In this document: piece by piece, positions 7,699-15,135 of the stretch
How the letters are laid out: every line of letters begins with the position of its first letter
How positions within the stretch are numbered: position 1 is the stretch's first letter
The notes under the pieces: model-generated
Seen by the model: the letters and a program-made list of their open reading frames with translations, nothing else
Told to the model about the DNA's origin: nothing
Database searches by the model: none
IMG/VR virus record: IMGVR_UViG_2721755498_000002
Direction: 5' to 3' (one strand)
Origin: a virus
Lineage: Duplodnaviria > Heunggongvirae > Uroviricota > Caudoviricetes
DNA length: 15,135 nt
Position numbers and translations under genes: made by a program

Positions 7699-8073
7699 AT
7701 GAAAGACATCGATACTGAAACCCGGAATAACACCGTGGCGGATGATGTGACGGCAGGTGAGGATATGGCTGTCGAACGTGGCGTAAAACTGACCCGACCA
7801 ATTGAGCGTGGTGGCGAAAAAATCACGTATGTGGAGATCACCGGGGCTATTGAGCAGGCTGGATCCCTGCGTGGTCTGTCGCTGTCTGATGTGCTGAATC
7901 TGAAAGCGGATACCATGTTCACGCTGTTGCCTCGCGTGACCTCGCCACGACTGGATGAAGTGATGATTAAAAAAATGTCGTCACGCGATTTTATTCAGTT
8001 GTGCGCTGTGGCTGTAAATTTTATGAGCGAGCCAGACTCTGGCGCGAAGAGCGTGCAGGAGACGGCAGCGTAA
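7699..8073 (+). CDS. E: tail assembly chaperone gpE
   Basis: 124-aa ORF with AAGGAG RBS, located between the tube and tape-measure genes. An overlapping -1 frame ORF follows, as in P2 E/E'. Confidence 0.8.
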   Translation: MKDIDTETRNNTVADDVTAGEDMAVERGVKLTRPIERGGEKITYVEITGAIEQAGSLRGLSLSDVLNLKADTMFTLLPRVTSPRLDEVMIKKMSSRDFIQLCAVAVNFMSEPDSGAKSVQETAA

Positions 8074-8237
8074 TCACCCTGGTGTGCTTTGAGCACATCG
8101 AAGATCTGGTGGCGGATATTGCCGCCATTTTTAACTGGTCGCCCGCCGAAATCTTCATGATGACGCCCGGCGAAGTGGTTAGCTGGCGCGAGCGGGCGGC
8201 ACTTCGCAGCGGGAATGCAGATAATGAAGACTCTTGA
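7699..8237 (+). CDS. E+E': tail assembly chaperone E+E' made by programmed -1 ribosomal frameshift (candidate slip sites A7 at 7969-7975 or AAATTTT at 8016-8022)
   Basis: The -1 frame opens at 7971, right after a TAA at 7968-7970, and runs to the TGA at 8235-8237, overlapping the T start. The E frame stops at 8071-8073. Both heptamer-like sites fall in the overlap. P2-like phages make E+E' this way. Confidence 0.6.
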
Positions 8238-11031
8238 TATCCGGGTCGCTTTCAGCGCCGTTGACAGGCTGACCCGGCCTGCCGAAAACGCCCGCCGCCT
8301 GATGGGGCAGTTTGGTGACTCCATCCAGCGAACGCAGGGGGCGCTCAAAAATCTCGAGCGTCAGGCGCGTTCATTTGAGCGCGCCCGTGACGCTGTCAGT
8401 AAAGCGGATGCGGGCATCGTGAAAGCACGACGCCAGCTTAACGCCCTTAATCAGTTACAACGCACGGGTACAGTGCTCAGCGAAAAACAACAAAAGCTGA
8501 TGCAGCAGTTAAGCACCCGGCTTGAACGCCTGAATGAATCGCGCACACGGGAAATTCAAAAAATGCGGGAGCTTGGCGGAGAGCTGAAACGCCACGGCAT
8601 TTCCCTGACAGGCAGCGATAACACCATCCAGCAGGCCATCAGACGCACCGAACAGTACAACAACCAGCTTGAACGCGAACGGCAGGCGCTTGCGCGTGTA
8701 ACGCGGGCGCGTGAGCGGTATTCGCGCGCGCAGGAAACAGCGGGAAAACTGAAAACAGGTGGTGCACTGGCAATTGGTGCGGCAGCGGCGGGCGGCTATG
8801 CTGCCGGGCGTTTTTTGCAGCCTGCGATCGGGTTCGGCAAAGAGATGTCCCGCGTTCAGGCACTGACGCGAATCGACAAAAACAGCCCGCAGTTTAAGGC
8901 GCTGCGTGAGCAGGCGTTAAAACTTGGCTCTGAAACACAGTTTACTGCGAGTGATGCCGCCAGTGGGCAGAGCTTTCTGGCAATGGCTGGTTTTACTCCG
9001 CAGGCCATTCAGGCCGCATTGCCCGGTGTTCTTAATATGGCGCTGGCAGGTGGCGTCGAACTCGGCGAGACGGCTGATATAGGCTCCAATATCCTCACAC
9101 AGTTCAACCTGACAGCCGATCAAATGGACCGGGTTGGCGATACGCTGACAGCGGCATTCACCCGGACCAATACTGATTTACGCGCGCTGGGCGAAACCAT
9201 GAAGTATACCGGTCCGGTTGCCGCAAAACTTGGTATCAGTCTTGAAGAAGCGGCAGCCATGGCCGGGATGCTTGCCAATAATGGTCTTCGCGGAAGCGAT
9301 GCTGGTACGGCCATGCGCGCAAGTCTGTCCCGCCTTGCATCACCGCCAAAAGCTGCGGCTGATGCGCTGAAAGAGCTGGGAGTGTCAGTTGCTGACGCCA
9401 GAGGCAAAATGCGCCCGATGGAGGATGTGCTGCTTGATCTCTATAAGGCGACACAAAAATACGGACAGGTGGACCAGGTTTCCTTCTTCAAGGACATCGC
9501 CGGAGAAGAGGCGTTCGTTGGTTTGCAGACGCTTGTTGCGGCGGCTGGTTCAGGAGAGCTGCAAAAACTGACCAGAGAATTGCAGGGGGCAAGGGGAGAG
9601 GCCGATCGCGTCGCAAAAGTAATGGCCGATAATCTTGATGGGGACCTGAAAAATCTCGATAGCGCATGGGAAGGTCTTCGTATTCGCATCAGTGATCTGG
9701 TTGACGGTCCGCTGCGTTCTGTCACGCAGTGGCTCACGCGGGTGCTTGAAAAAAGCACCTCGCTGGCGCAGGCCCATCCGGTACTGACGCGCCAGCTACT
9801 GATAGCAGGCGGTGCGTTGCTGGCAATGACTGCAACGATTGGCTCGTTGTCGCTGGTTATTGGGGTGCTTTACGGGAAGCTGGCCACCCTGCGTCTTGGT
9901 TTTGACATTCTTACCCGGTCAATGAATGTCGTCAGGGTGTTGCCTGCGCTGTGGGGAATGGTGACGGGTTCCGTTTCTTTGCTGGGAGGCGCTATCGGGG
10001 CGCTGTTCAGTCCGGTTGGTCTTATCGTGGCTGCGCTTGCCGGAGCTGCCGTTCTTATCTGGAAATACTGGGATCCCATCAGGGCATTTTTTGCCGGGGT
10101 GTTCGGCGGGATTATGGAAAGGCTGACCCCGTTGCGTGAAACCTTTGAACGGTTTGGTCCTGTTTTTGACGCAATCGGAAGCGGGATCAGCCAGGTGTTT
10201 AACTGGTTTAAATCGCTGCTGTCACCGATGGAGTCCAGCAAGGAAACGCTGGATAAATGTACCAGTGCTGGCGAGATATTCGGTAACGTTCTTGGTGGCG
10301 CGCTACAGCTTGTTCTGACGCCTGCAAAAATGTTGCTGGATACGCTGGCGTGGATACTTGAAAAACTCGGTGTGCTTCCGGATGAAGCGGAAAGGGCGAG
10401 AAAGAAAATCGAAGACGCACAGCGTGCGGCCATTCTTCAGGACAAGGTTGCTCTGTTTCAGGGAGACATTGCGAAAATCAATCCGCCGAAGTCTGCGGAA
10501 AATGGCAATGGCACCGGAGGCGATAAACCCAAAGACAACAAACCGCTCACAGACAGCAATACCGGCACGCTACGCAGACTCAGCAAAATTGCTGATAACA
10601 CAGGTAAGCTGGTTGATGAGACAAAAAAACGTGTTGGCCCCGGCGATATTGTCTTTAAGAACCTGCCCCGCGCACTTGCTGTTCGTGGGGAGTGGCAGGA
10701 GCGGAAGATTGCGCAGGTCAGTAAGCCTGCTTCCGCAATCAACATCACACCCGTGGTCCCGGCTCTGCTGCCTCCGGCGCTGGTCCCTGTTGTTGCGGCC
10801 AGCTCCCGCCCGGTGGCGGAGGCCATACGATCGCCAGTGGCATCAGTTCCTGCAACTTCCCGTAACCGGGAGCCTGTTGTCTCCGGATTTGGCGGTGAAA
10901 TTCATGTTCATCTGCATAACGTTGTTACGCAGAATCCCCGCGAACTGGCGAAACTGGTCGGTGAAATGGTCAGGGCAGAGGTGGAACGGCGTGCTCGTGC
11001 CGGACGTGGCAGTTTTTACGATAAAGATTGA
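8215..11031 (+). CDS. T: tail tape measure protein (P2 gpT family)
   Basis: 938-aa ORF with a coiled-coil-rich N-terminal part, a central hydrophobic/Gly-Ala-rich segment and a long C-terminal part. Sits between E/E' and U. The start could be the ATG at 8215 or at 8224. Confidence 0.9.
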   Translation: MQIMKTLDIRVAFSAVDRLTRPAENARRLMGQFGDSIQRTQGALKNLERQARSFERARDAVSKADAGIVKARRQLNALNQLQRTGTVLSEKQQKLMQQLSTRLERLNESRTREIQKMRELGGELKRHGISLTGSDNTIQQAIRRTEQYNNQLERERQALARVTRARERYSRAQETAGKLKTGGALAIGAAAAGGYAAGRFLQPAIGFGKEMSRVQALTRIDKNSPQFKALREQALKLGSETQFTASDAASGQSFLAMAGFTPQAIQAALPGVLNMALAGGVELGETADIGSNILTQFNLTADQMDRVGDTLTAAFTRTNTDLRALGETMKYTGPVAAKLGISLEEAAAMAGMLANNGLRGSDAGTAMRASLSRLASPPKAAADALKELGVSVADARGKMRPMEDVLLDLYKATQKYGQVDQVSFFKDIAGEEAFVGLQTLVAAAGSGELQKLTRELQGARGEADRVAKVMADNLDGDLKNLDSAWEGLRIRISDLVDGPLRSVTQWLTRVLEKSTSLAQAHPVLTRQLLIAGGALLAMTATIGSLSLVIGVLYGKLATLRLGFDILTRSMNVVRVLPALWGMVTGSVSLLGGAIGALFSPVGLIVAALAGAAVLIWKYWDPIRAFFAGVFGGIMERLTPLRETFERFGPVFDAIGSGISQVFNWFKSLLSPMESSKETLDKCTSAGEIFGNVLGGALQLVLTPAKMLLDTLAWILEKLGVLPDEAERARKKIEDAQRAAILQDKVALFQGDIAKINPPKSAENGNGTGGDKPKDNKPLTDSNTGTLRRLSKIADNTGKLVDETKKRVGPGDIVFKNLPRALAVRGEWQERKIAQVSKPASAINITPVVPALLPPALVPVVAASSRPVAEAIRSPVASVPATSRNREPVVSGFGGEIHVHLHNVVTQNPRELAKLVGEMVRAEVERRARAGRGSFYDKD

Positions 11032-11037
11032 GGAGTC

Positions 11038-11532
11038 ATGGCCATGATGATGATCTACGGCATGTTTGTTTTTGAGCTGCGCACATTGCCGCATCAGCAG
11101 TTACAGCAAAACAAAAGCTGGCGGCATGTGAAAAATGAACGCGTTAACCGTTCAGCAAGCTGGCAGTATATCGGCGCAGGTGATGATCGCATCGTGCTTT
11201 CCGGCGTGCTTTATCCTGAAATTACAGGTGGCGAAGTGTCGCTTTCGTTGCTGACCACACAGGCATATACAGGACGCCCCTGGCCTCTGATTGATGGTGT
11301 CGGGCAGATTTACGGCATGTATGTACTGACTGAAACGAATACGACCCGTTCCGAGTTTGATCGCTACGGTAAGGCGAAAAAGATAGAATTTTCACTGACC
11401 CTTGAACGCTGTGATGAGGATTTGCGGGAGCGTCTGCAATCCTCATCGTTCAGTGATATGCTGTCCGGCTTCAAAGATAAGGTCACATCATCCCTTAACA
11501 GCGCGGCCAGTTCAGTTAAAGGACTGTTCTGA
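11038..11532 (+). CDS. U: tail protein gpU
   Basis: 164 aa. MAMMMIYGMFVFELRTLPHQQ...AGVLYPEITGG...WPLIDG..IYGMYV matches P2 gpU as recalled. GAGGAG RBS. Confidence 0.85.
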   Translation: MAMMMIYGMFVFELRTLPHQQLQQNKSWRHVKNERVNRSASWQYIGAGDDRIVLSGVLYPEITGGEVSLSLLTTQAYTGRPWPLIDGVGQIYGMYVLTETNTTRSEFDRYGKAKKIEFSLTLERCDEDLRERLQSSSFSDMLSGFKDKVTSSLNSAASSVKGLF

Positions 11533-11628
11533 TTTTACATTGCCGCTAATACCCTCATATTGGGTAATGGGCGGCTTGTTGTTATATAATATATCGTAGG
11601 TCCTGATAAAACTGTTGAGGTTTCTACT

Positions 11629-12837
11629 TTATAAAGAATTGCTACTTTCTAATTCTGGGTTTCTGGATCTATTTTTACAACCTAAATCCGAGTGGTAATT
11701 CGGTATATCGTTTGTCAAATCTTGTTTGATAGCATTAATTAAGATCATTATGTCGAATTTATGCATATCGTCGCCCCCTTCAGACCTTAGATGTTCGGAT
11801 GTGGTGAGTTGAGTCGCTAATTTGCTGTTTGGCCCCCACACAATATTATTTTCGAATTTTCCTTCATGCATTCTGTTATTATATATACAGTATTGTCTAA
11901 TGTTTAATGCACTGGCTAAATGTACAATGGCAGTATCTACAGTTATAACAAAATCAGCATGGCGAACCAATGCAAATGAACATCCGGCATCAGAAAATGG
12001 AGATAGAGACACATTATCCAATCCATTGTGATTAATCTGTTTTCCCATATTAAAAACTATTGTGTGATATCCCTTAAGGTTATTAAGGTAAGCTAGTACT
12101 TTGTTTATCTGTTCATCAGATAAGGTTCTGCTATTCTGAGAGCCATAAGGGTTAAATATAACTAATTTTTTGTTTTTCTTCCTGAATTCATTTGCAACAA
12201 TATTTGCTGGTTCATATATTTTGTTGTCAAAATTAAGCGCTGCAGCATAATTATTATTTTTTATCTTTAGTAAAGATAAAACTTTTTTCATTCTTTCAGA
12301 TGTGTGAATGGAACGATTATCGATTATATTTGTATCAAAAATAGTTACGGCAGGATGATTAAAACAGATAGAGTGTTTAGGTCTAAGTAAATGTAGTGTT
12401 TGCAATCTGGTTATCGCTGTGTTATCAAAATTTGAGAAGTCAACAACAAGATCTACATTCAGTTTTTTTATCTTTGCTTTTAGTTCGTTAAATTTATTTT
12501 TCTCGTAAGATATAAAGGCATCCACGCCAACAATATCAGTAAAGAGGAATGATACTCTTGAAGGTGCTATCACATATACCACCATACCGGATTTTTGAAG
12601 TTGTTTAATAAACCCTGAGGTAACGATGCCGTCACCAATGGCTTGCATGTGCATGAAAATGCACACTGTTTTATAACTATCCGGCTGTAATGATGTTTTC
12701 CTTCTGTATCGCATTTTTAGAAATGCCAGTCTGGCCTTCGTCTTTATCTTTTTTGTTTTAATATTTCGCTGTCTGTTAAGCTGTTTTAATGATGAAATAA
12801 CATTCATAATGGTACCCTGAAATTCCAAATCACACAT
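11629..12837 (-). CDS. glycosyltransferase family 9 (heptosyltransferase-like) protein with a ~45-aa Lys/Arg-rich N-terminal extension; AT-rich cargo gene
   Basis: GT9 hallmarks: N-terminal Gly-Asp motif (MQAIGDGIV), central KKLVIFNPYGSQNSRTLSDEQ, and C-terminal VITVDTAIVHLASAL (compare WaaC VVSVDTGLSHLTAAL as recalled). Strong AT bias. The true start may be the internal ATG (MNVISS...) at about 12807. Confidence 0.65.
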   Translation of the reverse strand: MCDLEFQGTIMNVISSLKQLNRQRNIKTKKIKTKARLAFLKMRYRRKTSLQPDSYKTVCIFMHMQAIGDGIVTSGFIKQLQKSGMVVYVIAPSRVSFLFTDIVGVDAFISYEKNKFNELKAKIKKLNVDLVVDFSNFDNTAITRLQTLHLLRPKHSICFNHPAVTIFDTNIIDNRSIHTSERMKKVLSLLKIKNNNYAAALNFDNKIYEPANIVANEFRKKNKKLVIFNPYGSQNSRTLSDEQINKVLAYLNNLKGYHTIVFNMGKQINHNGLDNVSLSPFSDAGCSFALVRHADFVITVDTAIVHLASALNIRQYCIYNNRMHEGKFENNIVWGPNSKLATQLTTSEHLRSEGGDDMHKFDIMILINAIKQDLTNDIPNYHSDLGCKNRSRNPELESSNSL

Positions 12838-12901
12838 GTCATCCGAAATGAGCAGGGTACTATATAAAAAACTGGACTACAATGGTTTGAAATGAAAGCC
12901 T

Positions 12902-13501
12902 TTATGCTTGTTTACTCCTTGATTCCACTGGGGAAGCTGGCCACTCAATATCCGGTGCTCTTGATGTATCAACACGGTTCAGCAGCACTCGATACTTCTT
13001 CCAGGCTTCCAGCAACGAGATTTCTTCCTCCGTTGCGATTTCCAGATCTACAGCATCCTGAAGTGGCGCAATATGCTCACTGGCTACCTGCATCAGGCTG
13101 TTTTTTGTTTCTTCTGCCTCCCGGATCCGGAACAGTTTTTCTGCTTCCGTATCCTTCACCCAGGCTGTGCCGTTCCACTTCTGATATTCCCCTTCCGGCG
13201 ACGACCAGGTAACATTTTCCGGTAACGGACCGAGTTCAGAAATAAATAACGCGTCGCCGGAAGCCACGTCATAAACCGTTTTACCACGATGATCTTCAAC
13301 GAGATGCCAAGACGCCCCATCACTGTTGAAAACAGCCACGAAGCCAGCTGGAATATCTGGCGGAGCAATATCAGTACTATTTGCAGGCAGACCTGTATGA
13401 GGTGGAATGTATGCATCACCTTCACCAATAAATTCATTGGTTCCGACCAGCAGATTATAAATTTTTATGGTTCGTGGTTGTTCACTCATTCTGAATGCCA
13501 T
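12902..13501 (-). CDS. tfa: tail fibre assembly protein (Tfa / P2 gpG-like chaperone)
   Basis: 199 aa with the conserved Tfa C-terminus ([30 protein letters not shown]). Start overlaps the stop of the upstream tail-fibre fragment (TAATG). Confidence 0.85.
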   Translation of the reverse strand: MAFRMSEQPRTIKIYNLLVGTNEFIGEGDAYIPPHTGLPANSTDIAPPDIPAGFVAVFNSDGASWHLVEDHRGKTVYDVASGDALFISELGPLPENVTWSSPEGEYQKWNGTAWVKDTEAEKLFRIREAEETKNSLMQVASEHIAPLQDAVDLEIATEEEISLLEAWKKYRVLLNRVDTSRAPDIEWPASPVESRSKQA

Positions 13502-13744
13502 TATGCAAGCCTCACAATATAGTTAAATGCGATGTTTTTTACGGTGTTTTCCGCGTTGCCATAAGCGGCAATGGTAATGGTGTGTGTGTGCGAACCAATA
13601 GCGAGCGTATGTGTATGCGCACCTATTGCTACTGTGTGAGTATGAGCTCCTGCGCTTAATACGCGATTACTTGCTGTCTTGCTTGTGTTAGTTGCATGCA
13701 TTCCACCACCGGTACCGGGAGTTTCTGCGTATGCTGAAGTATTG
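13501..13744 (-). pseudogene. tail fibre gene, C-terminal fragment only (His-x-His repeats [24 protein letters not shown]); 5' part replaced by IS1
   Basis: The reading frame runs into the IS1 left end at 13745 and the listed Met lies inside IS1. The C-terminal HTHT repeat region is typical of phage tail-fibre distal domains. Confidence 0.8.
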
Positions 13745-13799
13745 GGTGATGCTGCCAACTTACTGATTTAGTGTATGATGGTGTTTTTGAGGTGCTCCA

Positions 13800-14075
13800 G
13801 TGGCTTCTGTTTCTATCAGCTGTCCCTCCTGTTCAGCTACTGACGGGGTGGTGCGTAACGGCAAAAGCACCGCCGGACATCAGCGCTATCTCTGCTCTCA
13901 CTGCCGTAAAACATGGCAACTGCAGTTCACTTACACCGCTTCTCAACCCGGTACGCACCAGAAAATCATTGATATGGCCATGAATGGCGTTGGATGCCGG
14001 GCAACAGCCCGCATTATGGGCGTTGGCCTCAACACGATTTTACGTCACTTAAAAAACTCAGGCCGCAGTCGGTAA
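13800..14075 (+). CDS. insA: IS1 InsA (transposition repressor / N-terminal part of the InsAB' transposase)
   Basis: 91 aa; [43 protein letters not shown] is the canonical InsA sequence. Confidence 0.9.
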
Positions 14076-14497
14076 CCTCGCGCATACAGCCGGGCAGTGA
14101 CGTCATCGTCTGCGCGGAAATGGACGAACAGTGGGGATACGTCGGGGCTAAATCGCGCCAGCGCTGGCTGTTTTACGCGTATGACAGGCTCCGGAAGACG
14201 GTTGTTGCGCACGTATTCGGTGAACGCACTATGGCGACGCTGGGGCGTCTTATGAGCCTGCTGTCACCCTTTGACGTGGTGATATGGATGACGGATGGCT
14301 GGCCGCTGTATGAATCCCGCCTGAAGGGAAAGCTGCACGTAATCAGCAAGCGATATACGCAGCGAATTGAGCGGCATAACCTGAATCTGAGGCAGCACCT
14401 GGCACGGCTGGGACGGAAGTCGCTGTCGTTCTCAAAATCGGTGGAGCTGCATGACAAAGTCATCGGGCATTATCTGAACATAAAACACTATCAATAA
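13994..14497 (+). CDS. insB: IS1 InsB reading frame (expressed as the InsAB' transposase by -1 frameshift at TTAAAAAAC, 14049-14057)
   Basis: 167-aa frame matching canonical IS1 InsB ([27 protein letters not shown]...KHYQ). Confidence 0.85.
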
Positions 14498-14512
14498 GTT
14501 GGAGTCATTACC

Positions 14513-15135
14513 TGAATCGGTTATCCGGAATGTTTACCGTGCTGAAAAAAATAGGTCTTTGGGATGCAGAACATCCAGTAAGGGGAATTTCTATTCTTTA
14601 TGTATCTCCACGAGAAATGGCGTTCCTGTCACAGAAGGAAGTGGCGCTATTGCTCGATACACTGGAGGGCGACTACTGGCGTGTTGCGCTTTTGTGTTTA
14701 AGCACAGGGGCGCGCTGGAGTGAAGCTTGTAAGCTTCGTGGTGAACAGATAGTTCATAACCGTGTAACGTTTCTTGAAACCAAAAATGGCCGGAAGAGAA
14801 CAGTGCCAATTTCGCAGGCAGTTTGTGAGGCGATCAAAACCAGAGAAACAGGCGGCTTGTTTGAGGTGAAGTACCGGGAATTCTGCCTGGCGCTGAAAAG
14901 AGTTAAGCCCGATTTACCAAAAGGCCAGGCTGCACATGTGCTGCGGCATACGTTCGCCAGCCATTTTGTGATGAACGGAGGAAACATTATTGCGCTTCAG
15001 AAGATTCTTGGTCACGCAACCATTCAGCAAACAATGGCATATGCGCATTTTGCACCGGATTACCTGCAGGATGCGGTGGCCCTTAATCCGCTGAAAGGTG
15101 GCGTAAGTGTCCACGCAGTGTCCACGGGGGATTAA
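14513..15135 (+). pseudogene. int: tyrosine recombinase (phage integrase) C-terminal catalytic-domain fragment; N-terminal part removed at the IS1 junction
   Basis: The frame is open straight out of the IS1 right end. It contains the catalytic R (GARWSEA), H-x-x-R (HVLRHTFAS) and Tyr (TMAYAHF) motifs. About 207 codons, where an intact integrase would be around 330-400. Stop is at the window end. Confidence 0.8.

Larger units (their letters stand above)
13745..14512 (+). mobile_element. IS1: IS1 insertion sequence, complete 768 bp, with terminal inverted repeats (GGTGATGCTGCCAACTTACTGAT ... ATCAATAAGTTGGAGTCATTACC)
   Basis: Both canonical IS1 ends were located by eye. Length is exactly 768 bp. 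It contains insA and insB with the A6C frameshift motif at 14051-14057. Confidence 0.95.

Noticed and set aside
5836-7922. Antisense and alternate-frame ORFs overlapping FI, FII and E (5836..6246 -, 6539..6880 +, 6956..7180 +, 7494..7922 -)
   Set aside because: They overlap confidently assigned tail genes and have no independent support; typical spurious frames in GC-rich DNA.
8639-11094. Multiple antisense and alternate-frame ORFs inside the tape-measure gene (e.g. 9870..10433 -, 10358..11047 +, 10458..10826 -)
   Set aside because: GC-rich coding sequence yields long spurious open frames. Their translations are Ala/Arg/Ser/Pro-rich low-complexity without starts in good context, while the + frame encodes a coherent tape-measure protein.
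12892-13437. ORFs antisense or out of frame within tfa (12892..13212 +, 13156..13437 -)
   Set aside because: They overlap the tfa gene, which has a conserved Tfa C-terminus; no support.
14173-14987. Small ORFs inside IS1 and antisense to the integrase fragment (14173..14463 -, 14499..14723 +, 14591..14809 -, 14754..14987 -)
   Set aside because: They overlap the canonical IS1 insB or the integrase catalytic-domain frame; spurious.
1-15135. CRISPR arrays, tRNA or rRNA genes
   Set aside because: I saw no regularly spaced short direct repeats with unique spacers, and no tRNA-like or rRNA-like segments. The integrase fragment ends at the window edge, so any tRNA attachment site would lie outside this window.

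Overview
This window looks like an Enterobacteriaceae (E. coli-like) chromosomal segment carrying a degraded, rearranged P2-family prophage remnant. An intact-looking contractile-tail module sits on the + strand: sheath FI, tube FII, chaperone E with an overlapping -1 frame E', tape measure T, and U. Gene D and the late activator ogr lie on the - strand upstream of FI, which is not the canonical P2 order (FI-FII-E-T-U-D-ogr on one strand). Downstream of U on the - strand are a tail-fibre assembly gene and a tail-fibre C-terminal stub. A complete 768-bp IS1 (13745..14512) with no target-site duplication truncates both the tail-fibre gene and a tyrosine-integrase gene. Three visibly AT-rich cargo insertions interrupt the GC-rich phage backbone: (i) a zinc-ribbon membrane protein plus a secreted Cys-repeat protein split by a frameshift in an A7 tract (about 1.1-2.6 kb); (ii) an orphan 340-aa ORF between ogr and D (3.5-4.6 kb); (iii) a GT9-family glycosyltransferase-like gene with a basic N-terminal extension between U and tfa (11.6-12.8 kb). 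A 46-aa hok-like type I toxin ORF, below the ORF-track size cutoff, lies beside ogr. The best candidate for an undescribed system is the 340-aa orphan in the D/ogr slot, which has a C-terminal HEPN-like R-x4-H motif; the GT9-like gene is second. All family assignments are from reading the translations and recalled motifs, with no database search.
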